A DNA stretch of 64,000 bases, taken from positions 3,168,001 to 3,232,000 of the forward strand of contig CBDETK010000013.1 in assembly GCA_965242865.1 (NCBI GenBank). Reading direction: 5' to 3'. Position numbers and translations under genes: made by a program. The notes under the pieces were generated by a model, which saw only the letters and a list, made by a program, of their open reading frames with translations, ran no database searches and was not told the DNA's origin. Shown here in pieces: positions 1 to 9,296 of the stretch; position 1 is the first letter of the stretch, and the number at the start of each line of letters is the position of its first letter. The DNA is from Candidatus Latescibacterota bacterium. GTDB taxonomy: Bacteria > Latescibacterota > UBA2968 > UBA8231.

Positions 1-356
1 CCCATCCGATCTATCATTGCTTCTACGATGTGGAGAGTCTCCCCCGCGGGATGCGCGATATGCACTATGCAAACTATGCAACAGGAGCGGGAATGAGAAC
101 GCCGCCAACTCCGGACTATTTGGAGGGCATTGTCGTCGGGGATCAGTTGGTGGGCGTGTATTCGATGCGTGGCTACGCCGATTTCTGGGCGGGAATCGCC
201 GAGCAGGAAAAGGAAGTATTTGCTACGCTCAGTAATATTAGTCCGTTTCTGGCCAGTGCCGAGGAGCCGATGGTGTATAACTTGGGCGTCAATTTCTTGG
301 TGTATGCGCTGACACGCGAGGGGTCACTGACCCAACAATTAGTCGTTGCGGACTGA
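1..356 (+). CDS. DUF4159-like protein, 3' part (truncated by window edge), paralog 1
   Basis: HPIYHCFYDVESLPRG...YLEGI...LGVNFLVYALT, near-identical to the C-termini of ORFs at 20245, 24644 and 35833. Confidence 0.8.
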   Translation, partial: HPIYHCFYDVESLPRGMRDMHYANYATGAGMRTPPTPDYLEGIVVGDQLVGVYSMRGYADFWAGIAEQEKEVFATLSNISPFLASAEEPMVYNLGVNFLVYALTREGSLTQQLVVAD

Positions 357-389
357 GGGCTATCAGAACAAACTGTGTGGATCCTTTTT

Positions 390-563
390 CTCAACGGGCA
401 GCCGGTGCGCCGAGTGTGGGCGGGTTCGTTGGCAGCGGGCGAACACCGGCTGGCTTGGGATGGCCGGGACGCGCAGGGCCAACCCGTCGCCGCGGGCGTC
501 TATGTGTATCGGTTGCAGGTGGGCGACCAGACGCGCATCCGCAAGATGGTCAAAATCGAATAG
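390..563 (+). pseudogene. Orphan FlgD-Ig tail, remnant of a deleted peptide-FlgD gene
   Basis: The spacer ctatcagaacaaactgtgtggatccttttt, which precedes intact peptide genes at 21627 and 26041, runs directly into GQPVRRVWAGSLAAG...KMVKIE. Confidence 0.7.
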
Positions 564-572
564 GGTACGGAC

Positions 573-3065
573 ATGCTGGATAAATTGCGCCAACATATAG
601 CGACTGGCTTACAGAATCTGAGCGTCCGGCTGCAACGGGCCGGCACGATCAAGGGGCTGCCGCGCCACGAGTGCCCCGTCTTGATCTTTTTCCACGGCTA
701 CAGCTTGGCCCACACCATCCGGCCACTGGTCGTAGGACGAGCACTGCGAGCGTGCGGCTACCCCGTTGAGTTCGCGGGAGTGGGGCCTCACGCCGCTCGG
801 ATCGCCGCCGAAGGGTTTCAAGTGCATGAGGTAGAAACCATGCCGCAAAGCCGCATGGACGAGTACGTAGCCCGCAGCGACTACGCCTACTACAACGCAG
901 AGTGGATAGACCGCTGCGTACAAGCCGAACGCACCCTCCTCCGGCGGCTCTGCCCCGCCCTCGCGCTGGCCGACCTGCGGCCCACCTTGCCGCTTACCGC
1001 CTCTCTTGAAGGGGTGGATATAGCCCTGATAGAGGCAGCCTACAACCAACCGGACTACCCGTTTCCCATTCGCCTACCCACGTCCTTTTCCTTGGGCACC
1101 GAGCCATTCGACGAATACGCTCGCAACCACATCTCGACCTTCAAGCCACACCACACCCTCTACTTGGTGGCCGATGTGCCCCAGTTCCACCCACCGGGTG
1201 AACAGACCCCATCCCATTATTGCTATGTGGGGCCATTGATCGAATTCCCACCGCCCCGCCCTATCGCGGAACTGAGCGATTGGGACGATTCGTTGCCGCT
1301 GGTCTATTTCAACTGCGGCAGCACTGGGGGCCATCCCGGCTTTCTCGACGAGGTGCTGTGCCGCATGGCCCATAAACCCTACCGCGTCTTGGTGACCACC
1401 GCGGGCCGTTGGGCTGGACAGGCAGCGGCCCCCAATATCCGCGTCGCCGACTTCGTACCCGCAGCTTGGGTGTTGGCGCGGGCGGCCCTCTTCGTGGGTG
1501 TGGGCGGCATAGGCTCCATCTACCATGCCTTGCGCCAAGGCGTACCCGTGCTCGGCGCGCCCGAGCACTTGGACCAAGAGTACCACCTCAACCGAGTGCG
1601 CGACCTCGGCTTGGGGTCCAAGCTCAACTGGGACGAGTTTCTCCGGGTGAACCCCCTGTTGGAGGCCATCGACGATCTCTTGGCTCGTCGCGGCGAATTT
1701 GCCTCGCGTTGCCAAGCCTTTGCCGCCCACGTGGGGCAATGGGACGGAGGCGAGGCCGCAGCCGATGCAGTAGAAGCCTTTTTTGCGGACCAGCGTTCCG
1801 CCCACTCGATCGAGGCGGCCTACCAAATGCCCGAGCCCGAGTTTATCCACTACCTCAACCTGAGCACCCCGGCCAACCTCGGCGTCGCCGAGCTCCGCAC
1901 CTTGCTCCACCGCAACCTGAGTCGCGGTTTGCCGCATGTCCAACAGGGCGGTCAGATCGCCTTTGACCGGGCCGATTCTTGGAACTGGCTCTACGATCAC
2001 GAGCCTGCGTTCTTTGAAAGCGATTACCGCGCCCTCGAAGAGAAACGCCGCGATTTTTTCTCTCCTGCAAATGGCCACGTCGCGCAGCACCGAAATCGTC
2101 AACGCTACCGCCTCACCTATACCTATCGGCTCTACCCCGCGACCTTGCCGCCCGATGTAAGCACCCGGCTCTTTCTGCCCTATCCCATCCCTAGTCCTCA
2201 TCAAGAGGCTATTGAGTTGTGCGCCTGTGCGCCGGACGATCTGCGAACTTGCTTTGCGCCGCAGGCCGGTTTTTTCTACGGCTATCCCGTCCGGGTAAAG
2301 GAGGCCGCTGCAGCCGCGGTGGATTTTTCCTACACCTGTGAGTTGACCGTGCGGGGGCGCAACGGCGCAACGGCTCCGCTGTCGGCCAGCGAATCCCGCC
2401 GCTACAGCGCAATCGAGCCAACGTTGGCGCAAGAAGCGGTCGTCCAAAATTTCTTTGCCGCACTGGATTTGGACGAGGTGGAAGACCCGTTGGAAAAGGC
2501 GCGGCGCATCTACGACCGCTTGGCCACGGTCAAGCGCTTCAAAAAAACCAAAGAGCGATCGCAGGACTTGGCCTCTTGCATCCACGTGGTGTTGAACGAC
2601 AGCGGCGGCCATTGCATCACCCTGTCCAATGCCTTTATCGCCCTTTGTCGGTTACAAGGGGTCGCGGCGCGGGCGGTCACCGGCGCTCTAGCCGGCTACC
2701 CCGCTGGCGCGGGTCGTTTTGAGCTGGCGGCCTATAACGAAATTCTCTTTGGGCACACGTGGGCGGAGGTTTTCGCGCCGGGACGAGGTTGGGTGCCAGT
2801 GGAATTTCACGGTATTGTCATTGGCCCGCAGTCGGCCACTGAGGACAACGTCGCCGACGAGGCCCTGCGCCGTCATATCGCCGAAGTCGGCGGTCGCTAC
2901 GTCGATTTTTACTTTGGCCAGTTGGATTGCCACCGCGTGGTGTGTTCCAATTCAGTCAAGACCGTGCCGCAACTGTTGGCTTGGCGCGAGACCGCGTCCG
3001 GGCCGCAATCCCACGTGCCGGAGGGCGTACAATACGAGTGCCGGCTCGTCTGGGAGTGCATTTGA
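573..3065 (+). CDS. GT-B (GT1/MGT-like) glycosyltransferase fused to a transglutaminase-like domain
   Basis: N-terminus GYSLAH, YVGPL, VADFVP, GVGGIGS...GVP..G.PEHLDQEYH; C-terminus GHCITLSNAFIALCRLQGVAARAVTG...HTWAEVF...GWVPVE. Confidence 0.8.
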   Translation: MLDKLRQHIATGLQNLSVRLQRAGTIKGLPRHECPVLIFFHGYSLAHTIRPLVVGRALRACGYPVEFAGVGPHAARIAAEGFQVHEVETMPQSRMDEYVARSDYAYYNAEWIDRCVQAERTLLRRLCPALALADLRPTLPLTASLEGVDIALIEAAYNQPDYPFPIRLPTSFSLGTEPFDEYARNHISTFKPHHTLYLVADVPQFHPPGEQTPSHYCYVGPLIEFPPPRPIAELSDWDDSLPLVYFNCGSTGGHPGFLDEVLCRMAHKPYRVLVTTAGRWAGQAAAPNIRVADFVPAAWVLARAALFVGVGGIGSIYHALRQGVPVLGAPEHLDQEYHLNRVRDLGLGSKLNWDEFLRVNPLLEAIDDLLARRGEFASRCQAFAAHVGQWDGGEAAADAVEAFFADQRSAHSIEAAYQMPEPEFIHYLNLSTPANLGVAELRTLLHRNLSRGLPHVQQGGQIAFDRADSWNWLYDHEPAFFESDYRALEEKRRDFFSPANGHVAQHRNRQRYRLTYTYRLYPATLPPDVSTRLFLPYPIPSPHQEAIELCACAPDDLRTCFAPQAGFFYGYPVRVKEAAAAAVDFSYTCELTVRGRNGATAPLSASESRRYSAIEPTLAQEAVVQNFFAALDLDEVEDPLEKARRIYDRLATVKRFKKTKERSQDLASCIHVVLNDSGGHCITLSNAFIALCRLQGVAARAVTGALAGYPAGAGRFELAAYNEILFGHTWAEVFAPGRGWVPVEFHGIVIGPQSATEDNVADEALRRHIAEVGGRYVDFYFGQLDCHRVVCSNSVKTVPQLLAWRETASGPQSHVPEGVQYECRLVWECI

Positions 3066-3066
3066 G

Positions 3067-4131
3067 ATGGATATTTCCGTGGTCATTGCCACGCATAACC
3101 AGCAGGAACGGCTGCGGCTGGTATTGGCCGGATTGCGCGGCCAGACTGCGCCGGCTACGCGCTTTGAAGTGGTGGTGGTAGAAGATGGTTGTAGCGACAA
3201 AACGGCCGAGATGCTCGACGAAGTGGATCGTCAGATGGACTTAAAAATTGTTCGCCTGCGGCCCAACGAGGGACGTTGTATGGCGCGCAACCGGGGCGTA
3301 GAGGCCGCTGCCGGGGAATTTGTCGCCTTCTTGGACGGGGACGCCCTGCCGCATCCACAATGGCTCCAACGCCATGTCGAAGCACTAGAACAGGGCGGGC
3401 GGGAGTCTCTGTTGTGCGGTGCCGAATACAGTCTGCCCGATTTGGAGTACCTGCAAGACCCCCAACGGGGAACGCCGATGGAGGGCAAGACCCCGAGCGT
3501 AGTGCGCGAGTACCTCCGCGCCCATCAACAGGAGTTGATCCTGACCGAGGATATGGTCCTCAGAGCCTTTGACCGCGTCGAAGCGCGCGCCGTGCTCGGG
3601 GGGTATCCCTTTCCCGAACTCGAGATCATGCAGGAGCAGATCGCCGCGCTCTTTGTCCAGCATCCCGATTCCCCTATTGGTTGGATGGGCTTTTTCCCGC
3701 ACAACGGCGCGGTCGCTAAGGAGGCTTTTTTAGAGGTGGGTGGTTTTGATCCCGACATGGCCTTTAGCGAAGGGTGGGACTTGGCTTATCGGCTACAGCA
3801 GCGTGGGTGTCGGCCCCACTTTGTCCCCGAGGCCAAGACCTATCACCTCTATCACTACCACGACTTTTCTGACCCGCTCAAGGCGCACGAAGAAACGCTC
3901 GCCCCCCAACGGGCCATGCAGTACATGGAGCGGAAATACGGCGATCCCAAGTTGCTGCTATTCCACTTCTGGTACGCCAGTATCTGGCCGGATCCCCTCC
4001 TGCCCGAAGAGACGTTGCTAAGAGACTTGGTAGAATTTCACCATGCGTACGCGCACTGGCCCACTAGCCGACTGCGCGATCTGCGGATATTGTTAGACCA
4101 TCACCCGACATGGGCAAAACCGGCCGGCTAA
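3067..4131 (+). CDS. Glycosyltransferase family 2
   Basis: ISVVIATHN, VVVVEDGCSD, ARNRG, FLDGD, VGGFD; ATG at 3067 directly after the upstream stop. Confidence 0.88.
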   Translation: MDISVVIATHNQQERLRLVLAGLRGQTAPATRFEVVVVEDGCSDKTAEMLDEVDRQMDLKIVRLRPNEGRCMARNRGVEAAAGEFVAFLDGDALPHPQWLQRHVEALEQGGRESLLCGAEYSLPDLEYLQDPQRGTPMEGKTPSVVREYLRAHQQELILTEDMVLRAFDRVEARAVLGGYPFPELEIMQEQIAALFVQHPDSPIGWMGFFPHNGAVAKEAFLEVGGFDPDMAFSEGWDLAYRLQQRGCRPHFVPEAKTYHLYHYHDFSDPLKAHEETLAPQRAMQYMERKYGDPKLLLFHFWYASIWPDPLLPEETLLRDLVEFHHAYAHWPTSRLRDLRILLDHHPTWAKPAG

Positions 4132-4168
4132 CTTGAACGGGCGGAAGCCGCCTGTTTGGCCAAACCGT

Positions 4169-4234
4169 AAAAAGTCGTGCAAAACCTGTGTAAAAGTCGT
4201 GCAATCCGAACAACTTTTGCACGACTTTTGCACG
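4169..4234. promoter_or_regulatory. Putative activator-binding repeat array (AAAAGTCGTGC, direct and inverted)
   Basis: AAAAGTCGTGCAA (4192-4204) inverted to TTGCACGACTTTT (4217-4229), plus extra copies; about 130-200 bp upstream of a sigma-54 site; conserved at 17153. Confidence 0.6.
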
Positions 4235-4316
4235 GAAAATCGCCGATCAACTGGCGACGATGCCTTACGCCGGCCTCATAGAAAACTATTTTTAACTGTC
4301 CAAATCCTTGTTTTTC

Positions 4317-4347
4317 AATCCTTTAGGTAATCCTAAAGGATTTTTTT
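4317..4347 (+). terminator. Hairpin plus T-tract, overlapping an IHF-like site
   Basis: AATCCTTTAGG-TAAT-CCTAAAGGATT-TTTTT; TTTCAA-TCCT-TTA at 4313-4325 resembles WATCAA-N4-TTR. Confidence 0.55.
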
Positions 4348-4365
4348 GTCCCGGACCGGTCTCGT

Positions 4366-4381
4366 TGGCACGAAACTTGCA
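4366..4381 (+). promoter_or_regulatory. Sigma-54 -24/-12 promoter
   Basis: TGGCACGAAACTTGCA is a perfect TGGCAC-N5-TTGCA match. Confidence 0.88.
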
Positions 4382-4510
4382 ATAGTCATTACAAGACAAG
4401 TGAAGCTCATCTACCAGAAAGGAGGTGCATCCCGTGCTCGTAGGTTTTGCTCGTCAGCAACCGCACTGGTTTGCTGATCCTTTTTCCTATCACTCAAGGA
4501 GAATTGAGTT

Positions 4511-4846
4511 ATGAACTTTTTGACTTTGATCTTGCAGTCGGCGCTGATGGCTCCGCTGGTGGAGTTCGCCACGTCGACGAGCGGCCACGTTGAGCCGCGC
4601 GAGGGCTTGGCACTGGGCTGGCTGGGCAGCGTGGTGGCGGGGCTGGCGGTGGTATTCAGCACGGCCGAACGGACGCCGGCCGATTCCTGCTACGGAATAG
4701 CCGAAGACTCCCATGGATCGGTTTGTCTTCCCTACGCATGTGCGTTTGATCATGAAGGGCGGCCTAGGGGGTGGTACCAAGCAAACTACTATCACTCGTC
4801 GGTTACAGGCTGTCAACAAGACAGAGGATGGTCCTGCAATTGCTGA
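4511..4846 (+). CDS. Cys-rich secreted peptide 1 (constant leader, 6-Cys variable core)
   Basis: RBS AAGGAG; first gene after the sigma-54 promoter; leader nearly identical to that at 17496; hydrophobic stretch then TPA|DSC. Confidence 0.8.
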   Translation: MNFLTLILQSALMAPLVEFATSTSGHVEPREGLALGWLGSVVAGLAVVFSTAERTPADSCYGIAEDSHGSVCLPYACAFDHEGRPRGWYQANYYHSSVTGCQQDRGWSCNC

Positions 4847-4851
4847 GAGTA

Positions 4852-4893
4852 CAGCCGCTGTGGCACTTTAGGGCTTGAGTGCCACAGCGACTG
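4852..4893 (+). other. Stable stem-loop after the peptide gene
   Basis: GCTGTGGCACT...AGTGCCACAGC, no U-tract; homolog with compensatory changes at 17934. Confidence 0.65.
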
Positions 4894-4956
4894 CAATCTG
4901 ATAGGTGGAAATATTAGAGGGGCTATACACCCATCCAACGACTTTGGAGGCGAATT

Positions 4957-7086
4957 ATGCGCGGCTTGCTCTTTGTTATTGGGCTATTGACCGCTCCGCT
5001 TGGAGCCTTCGCTCTAACGTGGGATTTTGACGAGGACACCACGTGGGGCTGGACCGCTCGGGAGAGCATCTTAGGAGATGACTTTGGAAGCTCCAGTACT
5101 ACGGTGTATAGCGAGGTAGCCGATGGCGTCTGGCGCATTGCGCCCGTGCCGAACTCTCAACGACCAGCCATCAATTTGCGTTCGCCGCCAATTGGGGAAG
5201 ATTCTGCCTTGTTTGACCGGGTCACCCTACGGCTGCGCATCATTCATGATCGCCACACTGAGGGACGAATCCAGATGGCGTGGTTCAATGCCGAGTATAG
5301 ACGCCTCAAAAAGGAATCGGGTTCATCCTTTATAACAGAATTGATTGGTCGTTTTTTTCTGGTACGTACACAACGTTATCCCACTGAATGGGAAGACATC
5401 ACTGTCGATCTGCGTACTTTGGCAGCAGCCCTAAAACGAGAAATCACTTGGCAGGATACTCTCTTCGACTTCCAGTTAGAACTGGATTTAAACGAATTCT
5501 CCCAAGGTCCGGTCGATCATCCAGTCTTTTTAGAAGTGGACTGGATTCAACTGACGGGGACTGAGGAGTTGCTATTGGGAGAATTACAGCCTCGGGCGGT
5601 CTTCTTGGAGGTGGGATTGCTTGGCAGGTTGTTCGCTGAACTCGGCTTTTTTCCCCTTGGCGTGGGTATTGAGGATATACGCTCAGGTTATGGGCTTCCG
5701 CAAAGTGCGTTGGGCGATGTGGACGGCGATGGGGATGTGGACTTGGTAACGGACTGGACGCGCTCCGACGCCGGCCAGACCTCGGGCTGGATGGTAGCTT
5801 CTAACGATGGTTTGGGGCACTTGGTCCCATTCAGGGAGTACACATCCCCTCTTGGACTTATAAGCCAACTCCAAGGGGGTGATTTTAACGGGGATGGACT
5901 CCTCGATCTGGCCTTTGCTGACGGTCGGAACCTCGAACTGTGGCTCAACAAAGGCGAAGACCGCTTTGAAGTTACTCTACAACTGTCCGATGTCTTATTC
6001 AATGGCCTAGCCGATGGCGATGGAGACGGGGACGTGGACCTGTTGAGTGTGGAAGTAGGCGATTCGCAGTACAACGCGATCCTATGGCTCAATGACGGCA
6101 ATGCCGGGTTTGCCCTCAGCGATCGGTTTGCCCCTAACAGCGAGGAGAAGCTCTTTCCTTTTGCGCTCGCTGGACACTCGTTGGGCGAGGCCGTGCGCCT
6201 GTTATGGGTTCGGCCCTGTTACCAACCTCAAGGTACTTGGCAGCTAACCCAGCCGTGGGCGGCTAGCGCGGAACCGATGCTGTTTCTTGACCCAGTGGTC
6301 AACCCCTGTAACCTGCACTTGCTCGCCGATTTGGATGACGATGGAACAGCAGAATTAATCGGGGCTGCTGAACGCGATTTACAATTCGATCCTTTTTACA
6401 CTGGCACAACCTATCACGGTTTGGCCCTGTGGCGTCTGGACGAGTCGGGCGAGTTGGTACGCCACGTTCTGCTTGATTCAGAGGTGCTTTTACCGCATCG
6501 CGCCATTGCCCACGACCTCAACGGCGATGGCCTGTTGGACTTGGCTGTGGTTGATGGCAACTTGGCGACCGGACCGGCGCTGGTGGTGCTGACCGGCCAG
6601 CGCGATGGCTTGCCCGTCGTCGAAGGCCGCTATCGGCTGCCGGGCACGGGCGGTCCCATCCTCGCCGGCGACCTCAACGGCGATGGGGCCGCCGATCTGG
6701 TCGTTCTCGGACGAAGCATAGAAGGCGGTCCGGGCGGAGCTTTCGTCTTTCTCAACCAGAGTGCGCCAGCCACCGCCATCGCCGCCGAGACGCTGACTAC
6801 GCCCACGGCCTTTGCCCTCGGGGCCAACTATCCCAACCCATTCAACCCAGCCACGACCATCCCCTTGGCACTGCCGGCCGACGCTGGCGAGGTGGCCTTA
6901 ACTATCTACAATGTCTTGGGGCAGCCGGTGCGCCGCGTATGGGCAGGTTCGTTGGCCGCCGGCGAGCATCGACTGGCTTGGGATGGCCGGGACGCGCAGG
7001 GGCAGTCCGTCGCCGCGGGGGTCTATTGGTATCGGTTGCAGGTGGGCGATCAGACGCACACCCGCAAGATGATCAAAATCGAATAG
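4957..7086 (+). CDS. Secreted FG-GAP/VCBS-repeat protein with FlgD-Ig tail, paralog A
   Basis: Signal peptide AFA|LTWDFD; multiple GDxDGDGxxDL repeats; GANYPNPFNPATTI...WDGRD...GVYWYRL. Confidence 0.88.
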   Translation: MRGLLFVIGLLTAPLGAFALTWDFDEDTTWGWTARESILGDDFGSSSTTVYSEVADGVWRIAPVPNSQRPAINLRSPPIGEDSALFDRVTLRLRIIHDRHTEGRIQMAWFNAEYRRLKKESGSSFITELIGRFFLVRTQRYPTEWEDITVDLRTLAAALKREITWQDTLFDFQLELDLNEFSQGPVDHPVFLEVDWIQLTGTEELLLGELQPRAVFLEVGLLGRLFAELGFFPLGVGIEDIRSGYGLPQSALGDVDGDGDVDLVTDWTRSDAGQTSGWMVASNDGLGHLVPFREYTSPLGLISQLQGGDFNGDGLLDLAFADGRNLELWLNKGEDRFEVTLQLSDVLFNGLADGDGDGDVDLLSVEVGDSQYNAILWLNDGNAGFALSDRFAPNSEEKLFPFALAGHSLGEAVRLLWVRPCYQPQGTWQLTQPWAASAEPMLFLDPVVNPCNLHLLADLDDDGTAELIGAAERDLQFDPFYTGTTYHGLALWRLDESGELVRHVLLDSEVLLPHRAIAHDLNGDGLLDLAVVDGNLATGPALVVLTGQRDGLPVVEGRYRLPGTGGPILAGDLNGDGAADLVVLGRSIEGGPGGAFVFLNQSAPATAIAAETLTTPTAFALGANYPNPFNPATTIPLALPADAGEVALTIYNVLGQPVRRVWAGSLAAGEHRLAWDGRDAQGQSVAAGVYWYRLQVGDQTHTRKMIKIE

Positions 7087-7116
7087 ACGACCCGAAGCTA
7101 TCACTGGAGGTGACCT

Positions 7117-9267
7117 ATGCGCGGCTTGCTTTTTGCGATTGGCTTGTTGACGGCTCCGGTTGGAGCCTTGGCCTTAACGTGGGATTTCGACGACGGCACC
7201 ACGTGGGGCTGGACCGCCCAAGAGAGTACTCTCAGCCTCGCCGCCGTTGGCGGTAGTCTCACCACGGTATATAGCGAAGTCGAAAACGGCGTTTGGCGCA
7301 TTGCGCCCGTGCCGGGCGGGCGACAACCGGCCATCCTATTGCGCTCGCCACCGATTGGGGCAGACTCGGCTCTGTTCGACCGGGTCACCCTACGGCTTCG
7401 CATCGTCCACCATACCCCCACCGAGGGCGATCTCCTGATGTGGTGGTTCAACACCGAATACAAACGCCTCATTGATGCTGGCATCCGACTTCCAAAGGGG
7501 TTTAGGACGATCCGTTATCAAATCTATCCCACCGAATGGCAACACATCACCATAGACCTACGTGCCTTAGAAGCCGCGGCGGAGGCGAATCCAGAAGTCG
7601 AGATCACTTGGCAGGACACCCTCTTTGATTTTCAGCTAGACTTGAACTTAAACCACGACGCGCAGAGTTCGGCTGATCATCCGGCCTTTTTAGAAGTGGA
7701 CTGGATTCAACTGACTGGGGACGAAGAGTTGCTGCTGGGAGAATTGCACCCTCGGGCGATCGCCGTGGCGGCGGGACTGCCCGGTGCCCTGTTCGCCGCG
7801 CCCGGTTTTTTCCCCCTCGGCGAGGGCATCTTGATAACAGATCACCTACTCCCAAACAATGCTTTGGGGGATGTGGACGACGATGGGGATGTGGATATGG
7901 TGGCGACCTATGTGCGCCACTCTCTGGGTGGAGCAGTAGAAACGGGCTGGATGGTGGCGTCCAACGATGGACGGGGTGGTTTTGTCCCGACCCAAGAGGT
8001 TTCCCTCTCCAAGACAGGGGAGGGCTCTTACATACGACCCGTCGTTGAGGGAGGCGATTTCGATGGAGATGGACTCCTCGATCTGGTCGTTACAGTGGGT
8101 GCTTCCGTTGACCTGTTGCACAATCAGGGCAAGGACGGCTTTGAAACGGTGCTGCACCTGTCTGATTTTGCTTTCGTTGGCTTGGCCGATGGCGATGGCG
8201 ATGGCGATGTGGATCTGTTGGTTCATGAGCTTGACGACGAGTCGCCCCATATAGTGTTGTGGCGCAACGACGGTGCGGCCGGATTTGTCCGCGATGATCG
8301 GTTCGTCCTCGACACCGAGGAAAGACTGTTTCCTTGGCTCCTCTCCGGGCAGCCGTTGGACGAGGCCGTGCGCCTGTTGTGGACCCACTCCTGCTACCAG
8401 CCCCAAGGGACTTGGCAACTGACCCAGCCGTGGGCGACCCGTGCGGAGCCACCGCTGTTTTTTGACGCGGTGGTCAACCCCTGTGATATGCACTTGCTCG
8501 TTGATTTGGAGGGTGATGGAGCGATGGAGTTGATCGGGGCTTCCGAGCGAAATCTATACTTCGACCCTACGAATACTAACGCCACCCGTCACGGTTTGGC
8601 CCTGTGGCGGGTGGACGCTTCGGGCGGGGTGGAACGCCATATCCTGCTCGATTCGCAGGTACGCCTATCCGATGGGACTGGAGCTATTGCCAGCGACCTG
8701 ACCGGCGATGGCCTGTTGGATCTAGCTGTGGTCGATGGCAACTTGGCGACTGGGCCGGCGTTAGTGGTGCTGACCGGCCAGCGCGATGGGCTGCCCGTCG
8801 TCGAAGGCCGCTATCGGCTGCCGGGCACGGGCGGCCAAGTGCTCCCCGGCGACGTAAACGGCGATGGGGCAACCGATCTGGTGGTGCTGGGGCGGAATAT
8901 GGCAGGCGGTCCGGGCGGAGCCTTCGTCTTCCTCAACCAGCGCACATCGGCCACCGCTGTCGCCGCCGAGACGTCGACCACCCCCTCAGCCTTTGTCCTC
9001 GGTGCCAACTATCCCAACCCGTTCAATCCAGTCACGACCATCCCCTTGGCACTGCCCGCCGACGCTGGCGAGATAGCCTTAACCATCTACAATGTCTTGG
9101 GGCAGCCGGTGCGCCACGTATGGGCGGGTTCGTTGGCGGCGGGCGCACACCGGCTGGCTTGGGATGGTCGGGACGCGCAGGGGCGGCCCGTCGCTGCGGG
9201 GGTCTATTGGTATCGGTTGCAGGTGGGCGATCAGACGCACACCCGCAAGATGGTCAAGATCGAATAG
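7117..9267 (+). CDS. FG-GAP/FlgD protein, paralog B
   Basis: Same architecture; RBS GGAGG. Confidence 0.88.
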   Translation: MRGLLFAIGLLTAPVGALALTWDFDDGTTWGWTAQESTLSLAAVGGSLTTVYSEVENGVWRIAPVPGGRQPAILLRSPPIGADSALFDRVTLRLRIVHHTPTEGDLLMWWFNTEYKRLIDAGIRLPKGFRTIRYQIYPTEWQHITIDLRALEAAAEANPEVEITWQDTLFDFQLDLNLNHDAQSSADHPAFLEVDWIQLTGDEELLLGELHPRAIAVAAGLPGALFAAPGFFPLGEGILITDHLLPNNALGDVDDDGDVDMVATYVRHSLGGAVETGWMVASNDGRGGFVPTQEVSLSKTGEGSYIRPVVEGGDFDGDGLLDLVVTVGASVDLLHNQGKDGFETVLHLSDFAFVGLADGDGDGDVDLLVHELDDESPHIVLWRNDGAAGFVRDDRFVLDTEERLFPWLLSGQPLDEAVRLLWTHSCYQPQGTWQLTQPWATRAEPPLFFDAVVNPCDMHLLVDLEGDGAMELIGASERNLYFDPTNTNATRHGLALWRVDASGGVERHILLDSQVRLSDGTGAIASDLTGDGLLDLAVVDGNLATGPALVVLTGQRDGLPVVEGRYRLPGTGGQVLPGDVNGDGATDLVVLGRNMAGGPGGAFVFLNQRTSATAVAAETSTTPSAFVLGANYPNPFNPVTTIPLALPADAGEIALTIYNVLGQPVRHVWAGSLAAGAHRLAWDGRDAQGRPVAAGVYWYRLQVGDQTHTRKMVKIE

Positions 9268-9296
9268 ACGACCGCAGTTATCACTGGAGGTGCATG

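Noticed and set aside
1074-2612. 512-aa antisense ORF and many similar shadow ORFs
   Set aside because: They mirror real GC-rich genes on the opposite strand and have no recognisable motifs.
4560-4660. Tat signal in the peptide leader
   Set aside because: The layout resembles a long Tat leader, but the motif is EPRE/EPRQ with no twin arginine.
8604-9296. Long N-terminal extensions of FG-GAP ORFs (also 11317, 22222, 26810, 28939, 31092, 33325)
   Set aside because: They are alternate-frame read-through of the upstream gene's tail; RBS, signal peptide and paralogy place the starts at MRGL.
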